DNA of 64,000 nucleotides from Nitrospirota bacterium (GCA_963790205.1 CAWBNQ010000003.1:416001-480000), one strand, 5' to 3'; shown: positions 39,268-50,104, counted from the first letter of the stretch. Notes: a model not told the origin generated them from the sequence alone. Translations and numbers: made by a program.

Positions 39268-39735
39268 ATGCTTCTGTACCTGAACATACTCCAGACCCTC
39301 CTGCTCCTCGTGATCGTGACGGGCATCGCCTACCTGGTCTTCCGGTCTCCCGTGAGGGCCGTCGTCGGCAAGAGGAAGTCTCTCCATTCGAGGCGGTGCG
39401 AGGTGTATAACGATGTCATGCAGGTCCTGACCATGCTCGGCAAGAGGGGCGAGATCCGGAAGGAGGAGCTCTTGGACTTCCGTTCCCGCACGCTGGACGC
39501 CGCGCTCCTGTTCGACGGTGAGGTCGCAGCGTACCTCGACGAGATCTACAGCCGGGGTGTGAAGCTGATGAGCACCAGCGAGCTTCTACAGGGGACCTCA
39601 GTGGCCGTGGGCGAGGAGCGCGACCGGATCACGGTGGAGAATGCGAAGCAGCTCATCTGGCTCGCCGACCAGCTCGCAATGGTCCAGAAGAAATTTGCAC
39701 GCTACCCCGAGGTGCTGAGCTCGTGCGAGTGCTAG
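39268..39735 (+). CDS. Hypothetical membrane-anchored protein
   Basis: GGAGG RBS, N-terminal TM, host-like codon usage. Confidence 0.65.
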   Translation: MLLYLNILQTLLLLVIVTGIAYLVFRSPVRAVVGKRKSLHSRRCEVYNDVMQVLTMLGKRGEIRKEELLDFRSRTLDAALLFDGEVAAYLDEIYSRGVKLMSTSELLQGTSVAVGEERDRITVENAKQLIWLADQLAMVQKKFARYPEVLSSCEC

Positions 39736-39904
39736 GAAATTCGTTATCTTTGATCCGCACTGTTTACTGAATCCGAAGAAGTGTGCCCTGCCGCATAAAT
39801 TCTCAATACCATAGTTGCACCTGACGCCGCGCCAAAAAAGCCTTGCATGCCCCCGGCGATATACTTTAGTCAGGATTTTTTAAAGGCGAGGGAGGTGTGC
39901 TCAC

Positions 39905-40141
39905 GTCAACTTCTATCTTCGCACGGGTACCCCGGAGGCGGTAACGCCGTTTGTGCTGTCCATTATCGGCATGTTATTCATCATCGTGGCCGGGTGGCTC
40001 GGCGGGCAGAGGTGTATGTGCACGGACTGGCAGTGGATGAAACGGTGGCCTGTGCGCCGGGCGAAAGCGTCGGCGCCCATGGAGGGGCTAAAGGCAATGA
40101 GCCGCAGCTAATTTGCCGCAAAAGTCATATCATCGGCGTAA
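39905..40141 (+). pseudogene. C-terminal fragment of a DUF2231-like membrane protein
   Basis: VNFYLR...IVAGWLGGQ then frameshift VYVHGLAV. Confidence 0.5.
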
Positions 40142-40228
40142 CGGCAGAGAAAGCCCGTTCCGGATCGGAGTTCCGGAACGGGCTTTTTGTTTCATTCGTA
40201 CCCGCCAAATTTTACTCTGAAGTCAGGA

Positions 40229-40717
40229 CTACTTCCCGCAGCATTTCTTGAATTTTTTGCCGCTTCCGCACGAGCAGGGGTCGTTCCGTCCGATCTTGGG
40301 AGCTGCATTCACGACCTGTTTCGGCGGCAGGTTCCTGCCGGTTACGAAGTACCAGGTGTCGCCTTCCTTCTTGAACGAGGACAGCTCGTGGTGCTCCGTT
40401 TTGACGTTGTTTTGCGAATACGTTGCAATAAATTCAACCTTGCCTTCACGGTCCTCCGCTCCGCCGCCTTTCGTTTCCACGATCTCGAAGGCATGCCACT
40501 GAGCGCTTTCCGCCCAGGCGCGGCTGCTTTTCTCGTCATAGTCCGCCCGGCTGTCAGGATGCAGCGAGGTGTAAATATACGCCATCTCTTTCTTCACGTA
40601 GGCGCTGTACCGGGAACGCATAAGCTGTTCCGCTGTCTTTGCCGGCTGCTCGCCCTTGATCAACGGGCGGCAGCAGGCGGCGTAGGCGACATTTGAACCG
40701 CAGGGGCATGGATCCAT
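40229..40717 (-). CDS. ychJ: YchJ family SEC-C motif protein
   Basis: [39 protein letters not shown]. Confidence 0.92.
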   Translation of the reverse strand: MDPCPCGSNVAYAACCRPLIKGEQPAKTAEQLMRSRYSAYVKKEMAYIYTSLHPDSRADYDEKSSRAWAESAQWHAFEIVETKGGGAEDREGKVEFIATYSQNNVKTEHHELSSFKKEGDTWYFVTGRNLPPKQVVNAAPKIGRNDPCSCGSGKKFKKCCGK

Positions 40718-41067
40718 GTATGACTCCTTATGATCGTCTTCAGGATGATGCTGTTTGACCGTGCTTCAGCGGAGACCCGTTCAGGCCTCCCGCTCTCATG
40801 TGGCGTGGATTATCACGCAAGAGAGATTGTTAGTCAAGATGGAATTTTAAAGAAAAATGCGTGCGGCAAGGCGGTGCTTCATGACGTTCCCTTGCCACAT
40901 GATGCTGGAGTCATGCATGTCTTAGGGGGCCGTTGTTTCCCGCGTTGCACACTGGTGACCCGTAAAGCCGGACATCAGTAATTACACCGGTGAACGCCGT
41001 AAGGTAGAAAACAATGCTATACTATTTTCAGAATATATCATTCATTCTGGACAAGGAGGGAACTGAT

Positions 41068-41685
41068 ATGCCGGAGATAGGTCGCAGTCTGCGCGTAGGA
41101 GATAAGGTCCCGGATTTTGAGCTTGAGCTGTTCGATCCGGTCAAATGCGATTTCGGGAAGATCAGTCTGAAGAAGCTGAAGGCGGCAAAGAAATGGACGG
41201 TCCTGTTCTTCTATCCGGCCGACTTCACCTTTGTCTGAGCGACCGAGTTCGCCGCTCTGGCAGAGCGGTACGATCAGTTCCGGGAACTCGGAGCCGAGGT
41301 GGTCACCGTGAGCAGGGACACCAAGTTTGTGCATCTCGCCTGGCAGAGGGACGAAAAGGCCCTCGCGAACGTCAGATACCCCATGGCATCCGATGTCACC
41401 GGAGATGTAGCGCGTCTGTTCGGCGTACTTGATGAACAAGGCGGGCTCACGCTGCGCGGGACGTTCATCATAAGCCCTGAGGGGACCCTTCTGAACGCGG
41501 AGGTGAACTTCTTCAACCTGGGCAGGAACATCGATGAATTGCTCCGGAAGGTCCGTGCGAACAAACATCTCGCCGCTCACCCCTCGGAGGGGGTCCCGGC
41601 CCAGTGGAGGAAATCGGGAGACATCACGCTCAAACCCGGTCCGAAACTGGTCGGCAGGGTGGCCGACGCGATGAAGAAGAAATAA
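41068..41685 (+). CDS. AhpC-type peroxiredoxin with in-frame TGA (probable selenocysteine, codon 57)
   Basis: FFYPADFTFV-TGA-ATEF; frame continues VHLAW, RGTFII, GRNIDELLR; hairpin 41251-41269. Confidence 0.88.
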
Positions 41686-42106
41686 GCGACACCCGCCAGT
41701 TGCGAGAAAAAATTTTTGAGAGGAACGGGAGCGGGCCGCGCTTGAGAATTGACGCTTTCGTTCGACCGGGGCGGTTCCGTCGACTCTCCTCAATTATCAA
41801 TCCCATCCAGCCACGTCAGCTCTTTCTCCCATGAAAGAATTCCCCGGCCGGGTGTCTGCCTCCGGCGTCGAAGGCCAGACAGGCCTTCGAGCCTTCGGAG
41901 GGGGAATCTCTTTGCCAGCGCCCTATCGCTCCCCGTCGTCCCTCTTGACCGGCAATTTTGCATTGATTATTAGCCCCGCGTTATGCTATATTCTCCGGTG
42001 CTTGAGGAGGATATCCCGTCTCTCAGGACTTCCTCAAGGAAATCCCCTCATGCCCGGCCGAGTGCACTATCTCGTCTGCGAACAAGAGTACCGGAGAACA
42101 AATCCT

Positions 42107-43453
42107 ATGCCCTATAATGCCTGGTTCCAATGCATCAACGAGCAGTGCAAAGCCCACTATCCGCTGAACAGGATCATCTACCGCTGCGAGACCTGCGGGT
42201 CGCTTTTGGAAGTGCAGCACGACATGAAGGCCCTGGCCCGCCGCGATGCCAAAGCGTGGATGAAGCTCTTCGAGGACCGCTATAAGTCCACCCAGTGGCC
42301 CTACGGCTCGGGCGTGTGGGGCAAGAAGGAGTGGCTCCTGCCGAAGATCGCCGACGAAAACATCGTCTCGCTCTATGAAGGAGGCTCGAACCTCTTCTGG
42401 GCAGAACGGTTCGGCAAGATGATCGGCTTGGACAACCTTTGGCTCAAGCTCTGCGGCAATTCCCACAGCGGGTCCTTCAAGGACCTCGGCATGACGGTGC
42501 TCGTTTCGATGGTCAAGCAGATGATCAGCGAGGGGGCCCCTATCCAGGCCGTGGCCTGCGCATCAACAGGCGACACCTCGGCGGCCCTGGCGGTCTACTG
42601 CGCCGCAGCCGGCATCCCCTCCATCGTGCTTCTGCCCAAGGGCAAGATATCCATCGCCCAGCTCGTCCAGCCCATCGCCAACGGCGCGCTGGTGCTTTCG
42701 CTCGACACGGACTTCGACGGCTGCATGCGTGTGGTTCAGGAGATCACCAAGGACGAGACCATCTATCTCGCAAACTCGATGAATTCGCTCAGGATCGAGG
42801 GGCAGAAGACCGTGGGCATCGAGATCGTCCAGCAGTTCGACTGGGAAATTCCCGATGTGATCATCATCCCCGGCGGGAACCTGGGGAACGTCTCTGCTCT
42901 CGGCAGCGGGCTTTTGATGATGCGTGACCTCGGGCTCATCGCAAAGCTTCCGCGGATCGTGGTGGCCCAGGCCGAGAACGCCAACCCGCTTTATCGCTCA
43001 TACCTCAAGAATTTCGAGACGTTCGAGCCCATGGAAGCCAAAAAAACGCTCGCCAGCGCCATCCAGATCGGCAATCCCGTCAGCTATCAGAAGGCGATCA
43101 GGACGCTCAAGCAGTTCGACGGCCTCGTCATGGACGCCACGGAGCAGGAACTGGCCGACGCGGCCGCGCTCGGCGACACCACAGGCATGTTCAACTGCCC
43201 GCACACGGGCGTGGCCCTGGCCGCGCTGATCAAGTTGATCAAGGCCGGCAAGATCGACCGCTCCGAGCACGTGGTGGTCATCTCCACGGCCCACGGGCTC
43301 AAGTTCACCGACTTCAAGGTGAACTATCACGAGGAAAAGCTCGGCTTCCCCTGCACCTACGCCAATAAGCCGATCGAGCTTCCCCCGACCGTTGACGCGG
43401 TCAAAGAGGCGCTCAAGTACGCTTTAAAGAAGAGGAGAGAAAAGAATGTCTAA
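42107..43453 (+). CDS. thrC: Threonine synthase, plant-like type
   Basis: [52 protein letters not shown]. Confidence 0.93.
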   Translation: MPYNAWFQCINEQCKAHYPLNRIIYRCETCGSLLEVQHDMKALARRDAKAWMKLFEDRYKSTQWPYGSGVWGKKEWLLPKIADENIVSLYEGGSNLFWAERFGKMIGLDNLWLKLCGNSHSGSFKDLGMTVLVSMVKQMISEGAPIQAVACASTGDTSAALAVYCAAAGIPSIVLLPKGKISIAQLVQPIANGALVLSLDTDFDGCMRVVQEITKDETIYLANSMNSLRIEGQKTVGIEIVQQFDWEIPDVIIIPGGNLGNVSALGSGLLMMRDLGLIAKLPRIVVAQAENANPLYRSYLKNFETFEPMEAKKTLASAIQIGNPVSYQKAIRTLKQFDGLVMDATEQELADAAALGDTTGMFNCPHTGVALAALIKLIKAGKIDRSEHVVVISTAHGLKFTDFKVNYHEEKLGFPCTYANKPIELPPTVDAVKEALKYALKKRREKNV

Positions 43454-44654
43454 AGAGAATTCGAATGCAAAGAACTGGAAACCCGCCACGCTCGCGATCC
43501 ACGGCATGGGCCGTCTCCCCAAGGCCCACCATGCTGTTTCCACGCCGATCATGCATACCTCCAATTACTACTTCGACACGGCCGACGAGGTCGAGGATTT
43601 CATGCGTGCCAAGGGCCAGGGCAGGGTGATCCGGGAGCACGAATACGCCCGCTACGGCAACCCGACCCAGCAGGAGACGGAGCGTAAGCTGGCCGCCCTC
43701 GAAGGGGCCGAGAAAGCGGTGCTTTACTCTTCGGGCATGGCCGCAGTGCTGCTCACGATCATGACCTTCATGAAACCCAAGGGGCACATCATTTTCACCG
43801 GCGACTGTTATCGCCAGACGCGGGACTTCGCCACGAACTTCCTCGGGAAGTTCGGCATTGAGTACTCCATCGTGGACCCCACGGCCGGGGCCATCGAGAA
43901 GGCCATAAAGCCGAACACGAACATCCTCTTTACCGAGTCGCCCACGAACCCTTATCTGCGGTGCCTCGACATCCCGGCCATCGTGAAGGTTGCCAAAGAA
44001 CGCAAGATCATGACCATTATCGACGCCACGCTGGCCACGCCCTATAACATCAAGCCCCTCGAACTGGGCGTGGACGTGGTCCTTCACTCGGCAACCAAGT
44101 ACATGGGCGGGCACAACGACCTCATGGCAGGCGTGGCCCTGGGCTCCGCGGCCCTGATGACCGATTGCTACAAGATGCAGCGCATGATGGGCGCGACTCC
44201 CGGACCGCTCACGTGCTTCCTGCTCGAACGGGGCTTGAAAACCTTCGGTATGCGCATGGAGCACCACAATAAGGCCGGCCTCGCCGTGGCCCGGATGCTG
44301 GAAGCGCATCCGAAGATCGAGAAGGTCTGGTACCCGGCCCTCAAATCGCACCCGGACCACACGATCGGCATGGCGCAGATGAAGGGTTTCGGCAGCGTCA
44401 TCAGCTTCCTGGTCAAGGGAGGGAACAAGGAGACGAGGAAGTTCATCGACGCACTTGAGCTTTTCCTGATCACACCGAGCCTCGGCGGCAGCGAGAGCCT
44501 GGTCACGCAGATGTGGGCCATGTCCTTTTTCGACTACCCCGAACAGTTCCGCAAGGACATCGGCATGGTGGACAACCTCGTCCGGCTCGCGCTCGGCCTG
44601 GAAGACGTGGACGACCTGATCGCCGATCTGAAACAGGCGTTGGATACGATCTGA
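43446..44654 (+). CDS. metB: Cystathionine gamma-synthase family PLP enzyme
   Basis: [41 protein letters not shown]. Confidence 0.8.
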   Translation: MSKENSNAKNWKPATLAIHGMGRLPKAHHAVSTPIMHTSNYYFDTADEVEDFMRAKGQGRVIREHEYARYGNPTQQETERKLAALEGAEKAVLYSSGMAAVLLTIMTFMKPKGHIIFTGDCYRQTRDFATNFLGKFGIEYSIVDPTAGAIEKAIKPNTNILFTESPTNPYLRCLDIPAIVKVAKERKIMTIIDATLATPYNIKPLELGVDVVLHSATKYMGGHNDLMAGVALGSAALMTDCYKMQRMMGATPGPLTCFLLERGLKTFGMRMEHHNKAGLAVARMLEAHPKIEKVWYPALKSHPDHTIGMAQMKGFGSVISFLVKGGNKETRKFIDALELFLITPSLGGSESLVTQMWAMSFFDYPEQFRKDIGMVDNLVRLALGLEDVDDLIADLKQALDTI

Positions 44655-44667
44655 TTTCGTTTATTGA

Positions 44668-44701
44668 AAAAAAGGGGCCCGGAATTTCCGGGCCCCTTTT
44701 C
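44668..44701. terminator. Bidirectional intrinsic terminator
   Basis: AAAAAAAGGGGCCCGGAATTTCCGGGCCCCTTTT between convergent genes. Confidence 0.85.
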
Positions 44702-44781
44702 TGTTATCAACGACCTCTTATCCTTGATCACGCAGACTTCATGCGTTTCCCCCTTGTTCCCGGTCGTCGGCGCGGCCCCTC

Positions 44782-45834
44782 CTATTTTTTATAATCGCCG
44801 TACAGTTCTTTCATGCAATCGGGGCAGATCCCATGGGTGAATTCCGCCTCTGAATGGTCGCAAATATATTCCTCGATCCGCTGCCAGTAGCCGCTGTCAT
44901 TGCGGATTTTTTTACAGGACGAGCAAATGGGCAGCATGCCGCTCAGGGTCTTTATTTTCGCAAGCGCCTCTCTGAGATCGAGGATCAAGCGCTCCCGCTC
45001 TTCTTCCGACCGCTTGCGTTCGGTGATGTCAAGGATCATGCCTGAGAGCGTTTCTCCTTCGAGCACCGCGTTCAGGATCGCTCGGATCGTTTCTCCGTTC
45101 TTCCTGAGGAGGTCAAATTCGAAGTTGCTGACCTTTCCCGTTTCACGGAGGGTCTTCAGGAGGATGTCTCGGTCGCGCCCGCGTTTGTACGTCTTCAGGA
45201 CGCCTTCCTTCATCATATCCGCCGGCGAGTCATATCCCGCCATTCGGGCGAGTGCCTCGTTCACGAAGAGAATTTTTCCATTGATGTTTGTTGTATAAAT
45301 TCCAACCGGGGAATTGTCCACGAGGTCCCGGTATTGCTTCTCAGACTCCTTGAGTTCCTCCTCCGTTTGTTTGCGCTTGGTAATGTCGCGGGCGATCACG
45401 GACACGGCCGTAACGACGCCGTCTTTTATCACGGGCGCCACGCGGGTCGAGTACCAGGCCAGGGTGTTGTGCGGGCCGCGCGCCCATATTTCATAGTGGT
45501 CCGGTTTGCCGGTGCTGAAAACGCCGGCAACGGCGGCTTTTACCCTGTCCCAGTGTTCCGGCTCGATGAAGTTGTAGACGCTTTTCCCGATTACCTCCCG
45601 GACTGTCAGCCCGGGAGGCGTGTGGTTCATGAATAATACTGTTCCTTCCCGGTCGACGGTCAATATGAGGTCGGCCGCATTCTCGACTAGGGAGCGCCAC
45701 CGCGCCTCCGAGTCTCGCAGCCGGATGCTCAAGTGCTTGCGCTCGACATCCGACTTTTCCAGATCAGTTAACCGCTTGCGCAGATCCTTCAGCTCGCGGA
45801 GAAGTTGTTCCTTTGTTTTTTTGTCTTCATTCAT
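44782..45834 (-). CDS. Tandem-PAS protein with C-terminal four-Cys domain
   Basis: Two PAS/PAC units (RDITKRK, DITERK), LPICSSCKKIRNDSGYW...HGICPDC. Confidence 0.85.
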   Translation of the reverse strand: MNEDKKTKEQLLRELKDLRKRLTDLEKSDVERKHLSIRLRDSEARWRSLVENAADLILTVDREGTVLFMNHTPPGLTVREVIGKSVYNFIEPEHWDRVKAAVAGVFSTGKPDHYEIWARGPHNTLAWYSTRVAPVIKDGVVTAVSVIARDITKRKQTEEELKESEKQYRDLVDNSPVGIYTTNINGKILFVNEALARMAGYDSPADMMKEGVLKTYKRGRDRDILLKTLRETGKVSNFEFDLLRKNGETIRAILNAVLEGETLSGMILDITERKRSEEERERLILDLREALAKIKTLSGMLPICSSCKKIRNDSGYWQRIEEYICDHSEAEFTHGICPDCMKELYGDYKK

Positions 45835-46018
45835 GCTCGTCTCTTTCACGACTAAGTGAAACACAAAATAGCGCTGCTACGAAGGTATTATTCACACGAA
45901 TAGGCGAAAACCACTTTCTTTTTTAAAGATACTACGCGTTGTTGCGAATGACAATAAAATATAGCGTAAGTTCAGGCGGTAGGGCAAGGAAGACAGAGAG
46001 GTGCAAAAGGGCAGGTGC

Positions 46019-46477
46019 TTACACCGCTATCTTGACCACGATCTTCATGACCGGAGACGGCGCGCCGCATGCCAGTTTGGGGGCATGGCTGTCTTCGGGC
46101 CAAAGCACTGCCAGTTGTCCCGCGTGCAGGCGCACCGGCGTCCATTTTCCCGAAGCAACCTTTCCGAAGCAGATGTCCTTGTCCGCGTTGTAAGCTTCGG
46201 TAATCGTCATGCTCTCCACGGACGCCCAGCCGATGGTCTCCTCGCCGGACACGATAAACTGGACGTCGATGTACTTCCGGTGAAATTCGAACTTCGGCGC
46301 GTCGGTTTTTATCGTTTCATATTGCTGGATAATGGCGTACACCCGGTCTCCGTCGATCTCAACTCTGCCGTCAACCAGGTCATGAATGTCCTGTTTGCGA
46401 AGAAAGGCAATCGTTTTTGTTAGAGACGATGTCATCGGGACCTCGTGCTCGATGTGCTTGAGGTCGGTTACGATCAT
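46019..46477 (-). CDS. YhcH/YjgK/YiaL family protein
   Basis: EFHRKYIDVQ, WPEDSHAP, KIVVK. Confidence 0.9.
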   Translation of the reverse strand: MIVTDLKHIEHEVPMTSSLTKTIAFLRKQDIHDLVDGRVEIDGDRVYAIIQQYETIKTDAPKFEFHRKYIDVQFIVSGEETIGWASVESMTITEAYNADKDICFGKVASGKWTPVRLHAGQLAVLWPEDSHAPKLACGAPSPVMKIVVKIAV

Positions 46478-46695
46478 GGTCAATCTCCTTACTACGAAAG
46501 GTAGAACCGAAGTTTTGGAACCGCGATGGCGTAGCCTGCTGTTGCCATAACGCGGCCATAAACGAAGGGCGCGAAGGTCTTCAGGATACCAGATTGACGG
46601 GCCGGCGTCAAATGTTACAGCGCATCGCATTGACAGTCATGCGGATCGGCGTTATAAATAAAAAGGAAAGCCGCACGAAAGCGGCGGAGGAAACG

Positions 46696-47112
46696 ATGCA
46701 GGGGAGCAAAGCAGAGGACAAAAGAAGGGCAACGCTCATCTACGACGGGACCTGCCCGATCTGTTCCGGGACCGTGGCGTGGATAAAGAAGAACGAGCGG
46801 GAAGACGCGTTCGAAATGGTGCCGTGCCAGTCGGATTCCCCGGGCAGGCGATACCCGGACATCGATTTCGACGAATGCATGCGGGCGATGCACCTGGTGC
46901 TGCCCGATGGCCGTGTTCTCGCCGGCGAGCAGGCCCTGCCCGAGATATTCACGAGACTGCGGCGGTACCGCGCCGTGGCCCTGGCGTTCAAGCTGCCCGG
47001 CGCGGAGACGCTAGTGCGCATTCTGTACCGATGGTTCGCGCTCCAGCGGTACGCGATCGCCCGGCTCTTCTTCCCGAGCAGCATCGCCGGAAAACGTGCG
47101 CACCATAAATGA
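46696..47112 (+). CDS. DCC1-like (DUF393) thiol-disulfide protein
   Basis: YDGTCPIC, YRWFALQRY. Confidence 0.88.
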   Translation: MQGSKAEDKRRATLIYDGTCPICSGTVAWIKKNEREDAFEMVPCQSDSPGRRYPDIDFDECMRAMHLVLPDGRVLAGEQALPEIFTRLRRYRAVALAFKLPGAETLVRILYRWFALQRYAIARLFFPSSIAGKRAHHK

Positions 47113-47181
47113 CGTGAGCGGTGTATCTGCGGAAGAGGAACAGCAGACGACACAATTCTCATCTCCGATCGCCGCTGTCCG

Positions 47182-47484
47182 CTACCTCAATCGCGCGCCG
47201 CACTTTTTACATATGCGTCTGTTTATGTCGTTGCCCAGATATCTAGTACAGGAAGGGCATCTCCAGTTAAAGCCGGTAAAACCGATAAACGCCGCAATGA
47301 TCGCAACCTGTGTTCCAAAGAGCGTACTCTTGGAGAATTCCCCGAACAGGTCGGGGCGTCTATAGATCACGGCGGAAAGCAAGACGAGAAACAGCGCTGC
47401 CGCTATGGCGATGAACTGACGATTCTGACGTAATCTGAAATCCTGCATGGTCCGGTTCCGGTCTTTTTTTTCCATCCTCATCAT
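47182..47484 (-). CDS. Small two-TM protein with C-terminal zinc ribbon
   Basis: NWRCPSC...CKKCG. Confidence 0.7.
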   Translation of the reverse strand: MMRMEKKDRNRTMQDFRLRQNRQFIAIAAALFLVLLSAVIYRRPDLFGEFSKSTLFGTQVAIIAAFIGFTGFNWRCPSCTRYLGNDINRRICKKCGARLR

Positions 47485-47713
47485 TTCCTTATGCCTTAAA
47501 AATAAGAATACCCTTGTCAGGTCGCTATTATACCAACATGAATTCACCTTTTCAACATCGTTTCCTCAGGAAGTGAAATCAAATCCGTCAAACGTTGTCA
47601 GGCCAAATTTATTTGTCAACCCAATTCTGAATTATATCAATTTCCCTCCGATCCCTTCAAACCATTTTGTCATGCGATATACTCTAGGTACTATACGGAA
47701 CAAGGAGGAAGGA

Positions 47714-48289
47714 ATGGGCAAAATAACCGTAGAAAAGAAATCGTTCTGTCTGCCCTGGACGCAGACGCTCCTGGGCACCCACGTGCAGGGCAGGGTCAAC
47801 TTCATGGCCCTCGACTGGCTTACCCGGGCGAACTACGAGCCTGCCATGCTCGGCATCTGCGTCGGCCGCGGACATGCCAGCAACCGGGCCGTCAGGGAAA
47901 CCGGGCAGTTCAGCATCAACGTGCCGACGGTGGACATGATCGAGATCGTAGATTACTGCGGCATTGCCTCGGCCAATCGGGACGACAAGTCAAAATTATT
48001 TGATGTTTTTTACGGTGAGCTCGAGGCAGCGCCTCTGATCGCGGCGTGCCCGCTGAACATCGAATGCAAACTCGTCCAGACCGTGGACCTGCCGTCCAAT
48101 ACCTTCTTCATCGCCGAGATCGTCACCATCTTCTCCGAGGAGCAATACCTCTCAGCGGGCAAACCCGACGTGAAGAAGATCAGACCCTTCCTCCTTACCA
48201 TGCCCGATAATCGCTTCTGGTCCGTGGGGGAGCACGTGGGGAACGCCTGGAAGGACGGCGCAAAATACCGGGAGAAGCTCAAAAAATAA
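47714..48289 (+). CDS. Flavin reductase-like protein
   Basis: FSINVP, DYCG, APLIAACPLNIECK. Confidence 0.88.
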   Translation: MGKITVEKKSFCLPWTQTLLGTHVQGRVNFMALDWLTRANYEPAMLGICVGRGHASNRAVRETGQFSINVPTVDMIEIVDYCGIASANRDDKSKLFDVFYGELEAAPLIAACPLNIECKLVQTVDLPSNTFFIAEIVTIFSEEQYLSAGKPDVKKIRPFLLTMPDNRFWSVGEHVGNAWKDGAKYREKLKK

Positions 48290-48335
48290 GGAGAACGGCT
48301 AAAGAGACCGGAACAAGGAGGTATTATGGTCAGTT

Positions 48336-48767
48336 ATGATAGAGAAGGACCGCGTGATCGATATTGTGAACCGGCTTTTCATTAATACCGACAACAGGGA
48401 CTGGCCCGCCGTCAAGACCCTGTTCGCGCCCCGCGTCCTCTTTGACATGACGTCCCTCGTCGGGGGCCAGCCCGCGTCCGTAAGGCCGCAGGAAATCGTC
48501 GATGGGTGGGACAAGGGGCTCAAAGCGCTGAAGGCAATACACCACCAGACAGGCAACCACATCGCGAACATCGAGGACAACGAGGCCACGGTGTTCTGTT
48601 ACGGGGTGGCATGGCATTACCTGCCGAACAAGACCAACCAGAACACGAGGACCTTCGTCGGGAGCTATGATATTCATCTAGTCAAACAGGACGAAGACTG
48701 GAAGATAGACCGATTCAAGTACAACCTGAAATTCATCGACGGCAATACTGATCTGGAAAACAGCTAG
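48336..48767 (+). CDS. SnoaL/NTF2-like protein
   Basis: TDNRDW, HHQTGNH, GSY...WKI. Confidence 0.85.
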   Translation: MIEKDRVIDIVNRLFINTDNRDWPAVKTLFAPRVLFDMTSLVGGQPASVRPQEIVDGWDKGLKALKAIHHQTGNHIANIEDNEATVFCYGVAWHYLPNKTNQNTRTFVGSYDIHLVKQDEDWKIDRFKYNLKFIDGNTDLENS

Positions 48768-49124
48768 GGGGCGTTTGGGCCGCGCTTCGATCAAGCGCCC
48801 CATTCCCGCGAAAGTGGGAATCAAGTTCTTACCAGCACGTTTTCACGTTTACATCCTAAACTTATTAAGATTTCCATTCTCTGAACTCCAGCACTACTTC
48901 CTGAAGTTGTGGAGTTCCCGGCCTCAGCAACAATCAATAGTATGTTCAGCAGTATATATCTTCTGTACCCTACTAAGCTTGAGTGTCAGTGGTTTGCAGG
49001 AGATAAACTTCAGTTCGGAAGATTTCATCCTGATTCTGTTAAGCTGGAAGATGAAACTGAAGAAGGAAATTAAGTTCGGCGACATTGGTGTCGAGATACC
49101 CACAAGCATTATTTGTCATGCTAA

Positions 49125-49180
49125 TTCCAACCAGGCGCTCGACTGCGACGCGCCTTGTGGGGCGTCAGCGCCGCATTCTC
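49125..49180 (+). mobile_element. Degenerate integron attC site
   Basis: TCCAAC-CAGGC-GCT[C]GAC[T]GC ... GCGTCAGC-GCCGC-ATT (GTT changed to ATT). Confidence 0.6.
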
Positions 49181-49303
49181 CCGACGCTTCGCGCCGCGAG
49201 AATGCGGCAGAGAGCCGTGTAATCCTAACCCGGCGCAAAAAAGCGCGACGGGAGAACCAGAGCCCGAGACCAATCCCCCTTCTTCATCTCTCTCTAAGAT
49301 TGC

Positions 49304-49332
49304 TTGACAGCGGTTATCAAATTTGCTAACAT
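49304..49332 (+). promoter_or_regulatory. sigma70 promoter with palindromic operator for the TA operon
   Basis: TTGACA-N17-TAACAT overlapping GTTATCAAATTTGCTAAC. Confidence 0.75.
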
Positions 49333-49339
49333 GTCGAAT

Positions 49340-49666
49340 ATGAAATATGCCATCGAGTACTTTCACGCACGCGTCAAGGACGAGGTTGAAAGCTGGCCCG
49401 ATGGCATATTGGCGGATTATGCGCGGCTGGTAGAACTCCTGATAGAGTTCGGACCGAGTCTGCGTATGCCTCATTCGCGGGCTATGGGCGACGGCCTATT
49501 TGAGTTGCGACCTCGCGGGCGGGAAGGCATCGGTCGCGCCTTATACTGTCATTTCGACGGCCGACGGATTGTGATGTTGCATGCGTTTATAAAGAAAACC
49601 CAGGAAACCCCGGAAAAAGAATTGCGTCTTGCCCGGAAAAGAATGAAGGAGATTAAAAATGGCTGA
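49340..49666 (+). CDS. RelE/HigB (Gp49-like) toxin
   Basis: LRMPHSRAMGDGLFELR, LHAFIKKTQETP. Confidence 0.9.
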   Translation: MKYAIEYFHARVKDEVESWPDGILADYARLVELLIEFGPSLRMPHSRAMGDGLFELRPRGREGIGRALYCHFDGRRIVMLHAFIKKTQETPEKELRLARKRMKEIKNG

Positions 49667-50018
49667 TATAAAATACAAACCCGTTATCCATGATCATGAG
49701 GCTTTCCTTAAGAAGGCCGCGAAACGAAAGGGTTTCAAGAAAACATACGAGGCGCTTGAAGAAGAATACCGGCTTACGCGCGAGATGCTTGCTGCTCGTT
49801 CAAAATACGGGCTCACCCAGGAAGCGGTTGCAGAACGAATGGGAACAACGAAAAGTGCGGTGTCGCGCCTGGAAGCTGCGGGTAAGCACGCGCCGTCTTT
49901 GTCTACGCTCAAGAAGTACGCACGCGCCGTCGGTTGTCACTTGGAGATCAAGCTCGTACCCGCCACTCGCTTAACCAAGCGCTCGACACGGACCACCAAG
50001 AAGCAGGCGGCCGGTTAG
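49659..50018 (+). CDS. HigA-like XRE antitoxin
   Basis: GLTQEAVAERMGTTKSAVSRLE, PSLSTLKKYA; overlaps toxin stop. Confidence 0.9.
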   Translation: MADIKYKPVIHDHEAFLKKAAKRKGFKKTYEALEEEYRLTREMLAARSKYGLTQEAVAERMGTTKSAVSRLEAAGKHAPSLSTLKKYARAVGCHLEIKLVPATRLTKRSTRTTKKQAAG

Positions 50019-50031
50019 CTTTGCGTTGACT
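49969..50031 (+). mobile_element. Integron attC site
   Basis: GCTTAAC-CAAGC-GCT[C]GAC[A]CGG[A]CCACC ... GGCGG-CCGGTTAGC-TTTGC-GTT; 63 bp with typical extrahelical bases. Confidence 0.8.
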
Positions 50032-50077
50032 GGGCGCGGCCGAAACGGTGATAAATTTTATTGACTATTAAAATGAA

Positions 50078-50104
50078 GAGCCCTCGCTCGTTGAGCGAGG
50101 GCTC
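50078..50104. terminator. Strong hairpin between convergent genes
   Basis: GAGCCCTCGCTC-GTT-GAGCGAGGGCTC. Confidence 0.7.

Noticed and set aside
41960..42100. SAM riboswitch before thrC-metB
   Set aside because: A CTTGAGGA/TCCTCAAG stem exists but SAM-I core motifs were not found
41831..42106. N-terminal extension of ThrC in the ORF track
   Set aside because: Homology and RBS point to ATG 42107; the extension covers promoter-like DNA
48775..49329. 184-aa ORF
   Set aside because: Spans a REP half-site, a decayed AT-rich fragment and attC scars; unlikely to be a real gene
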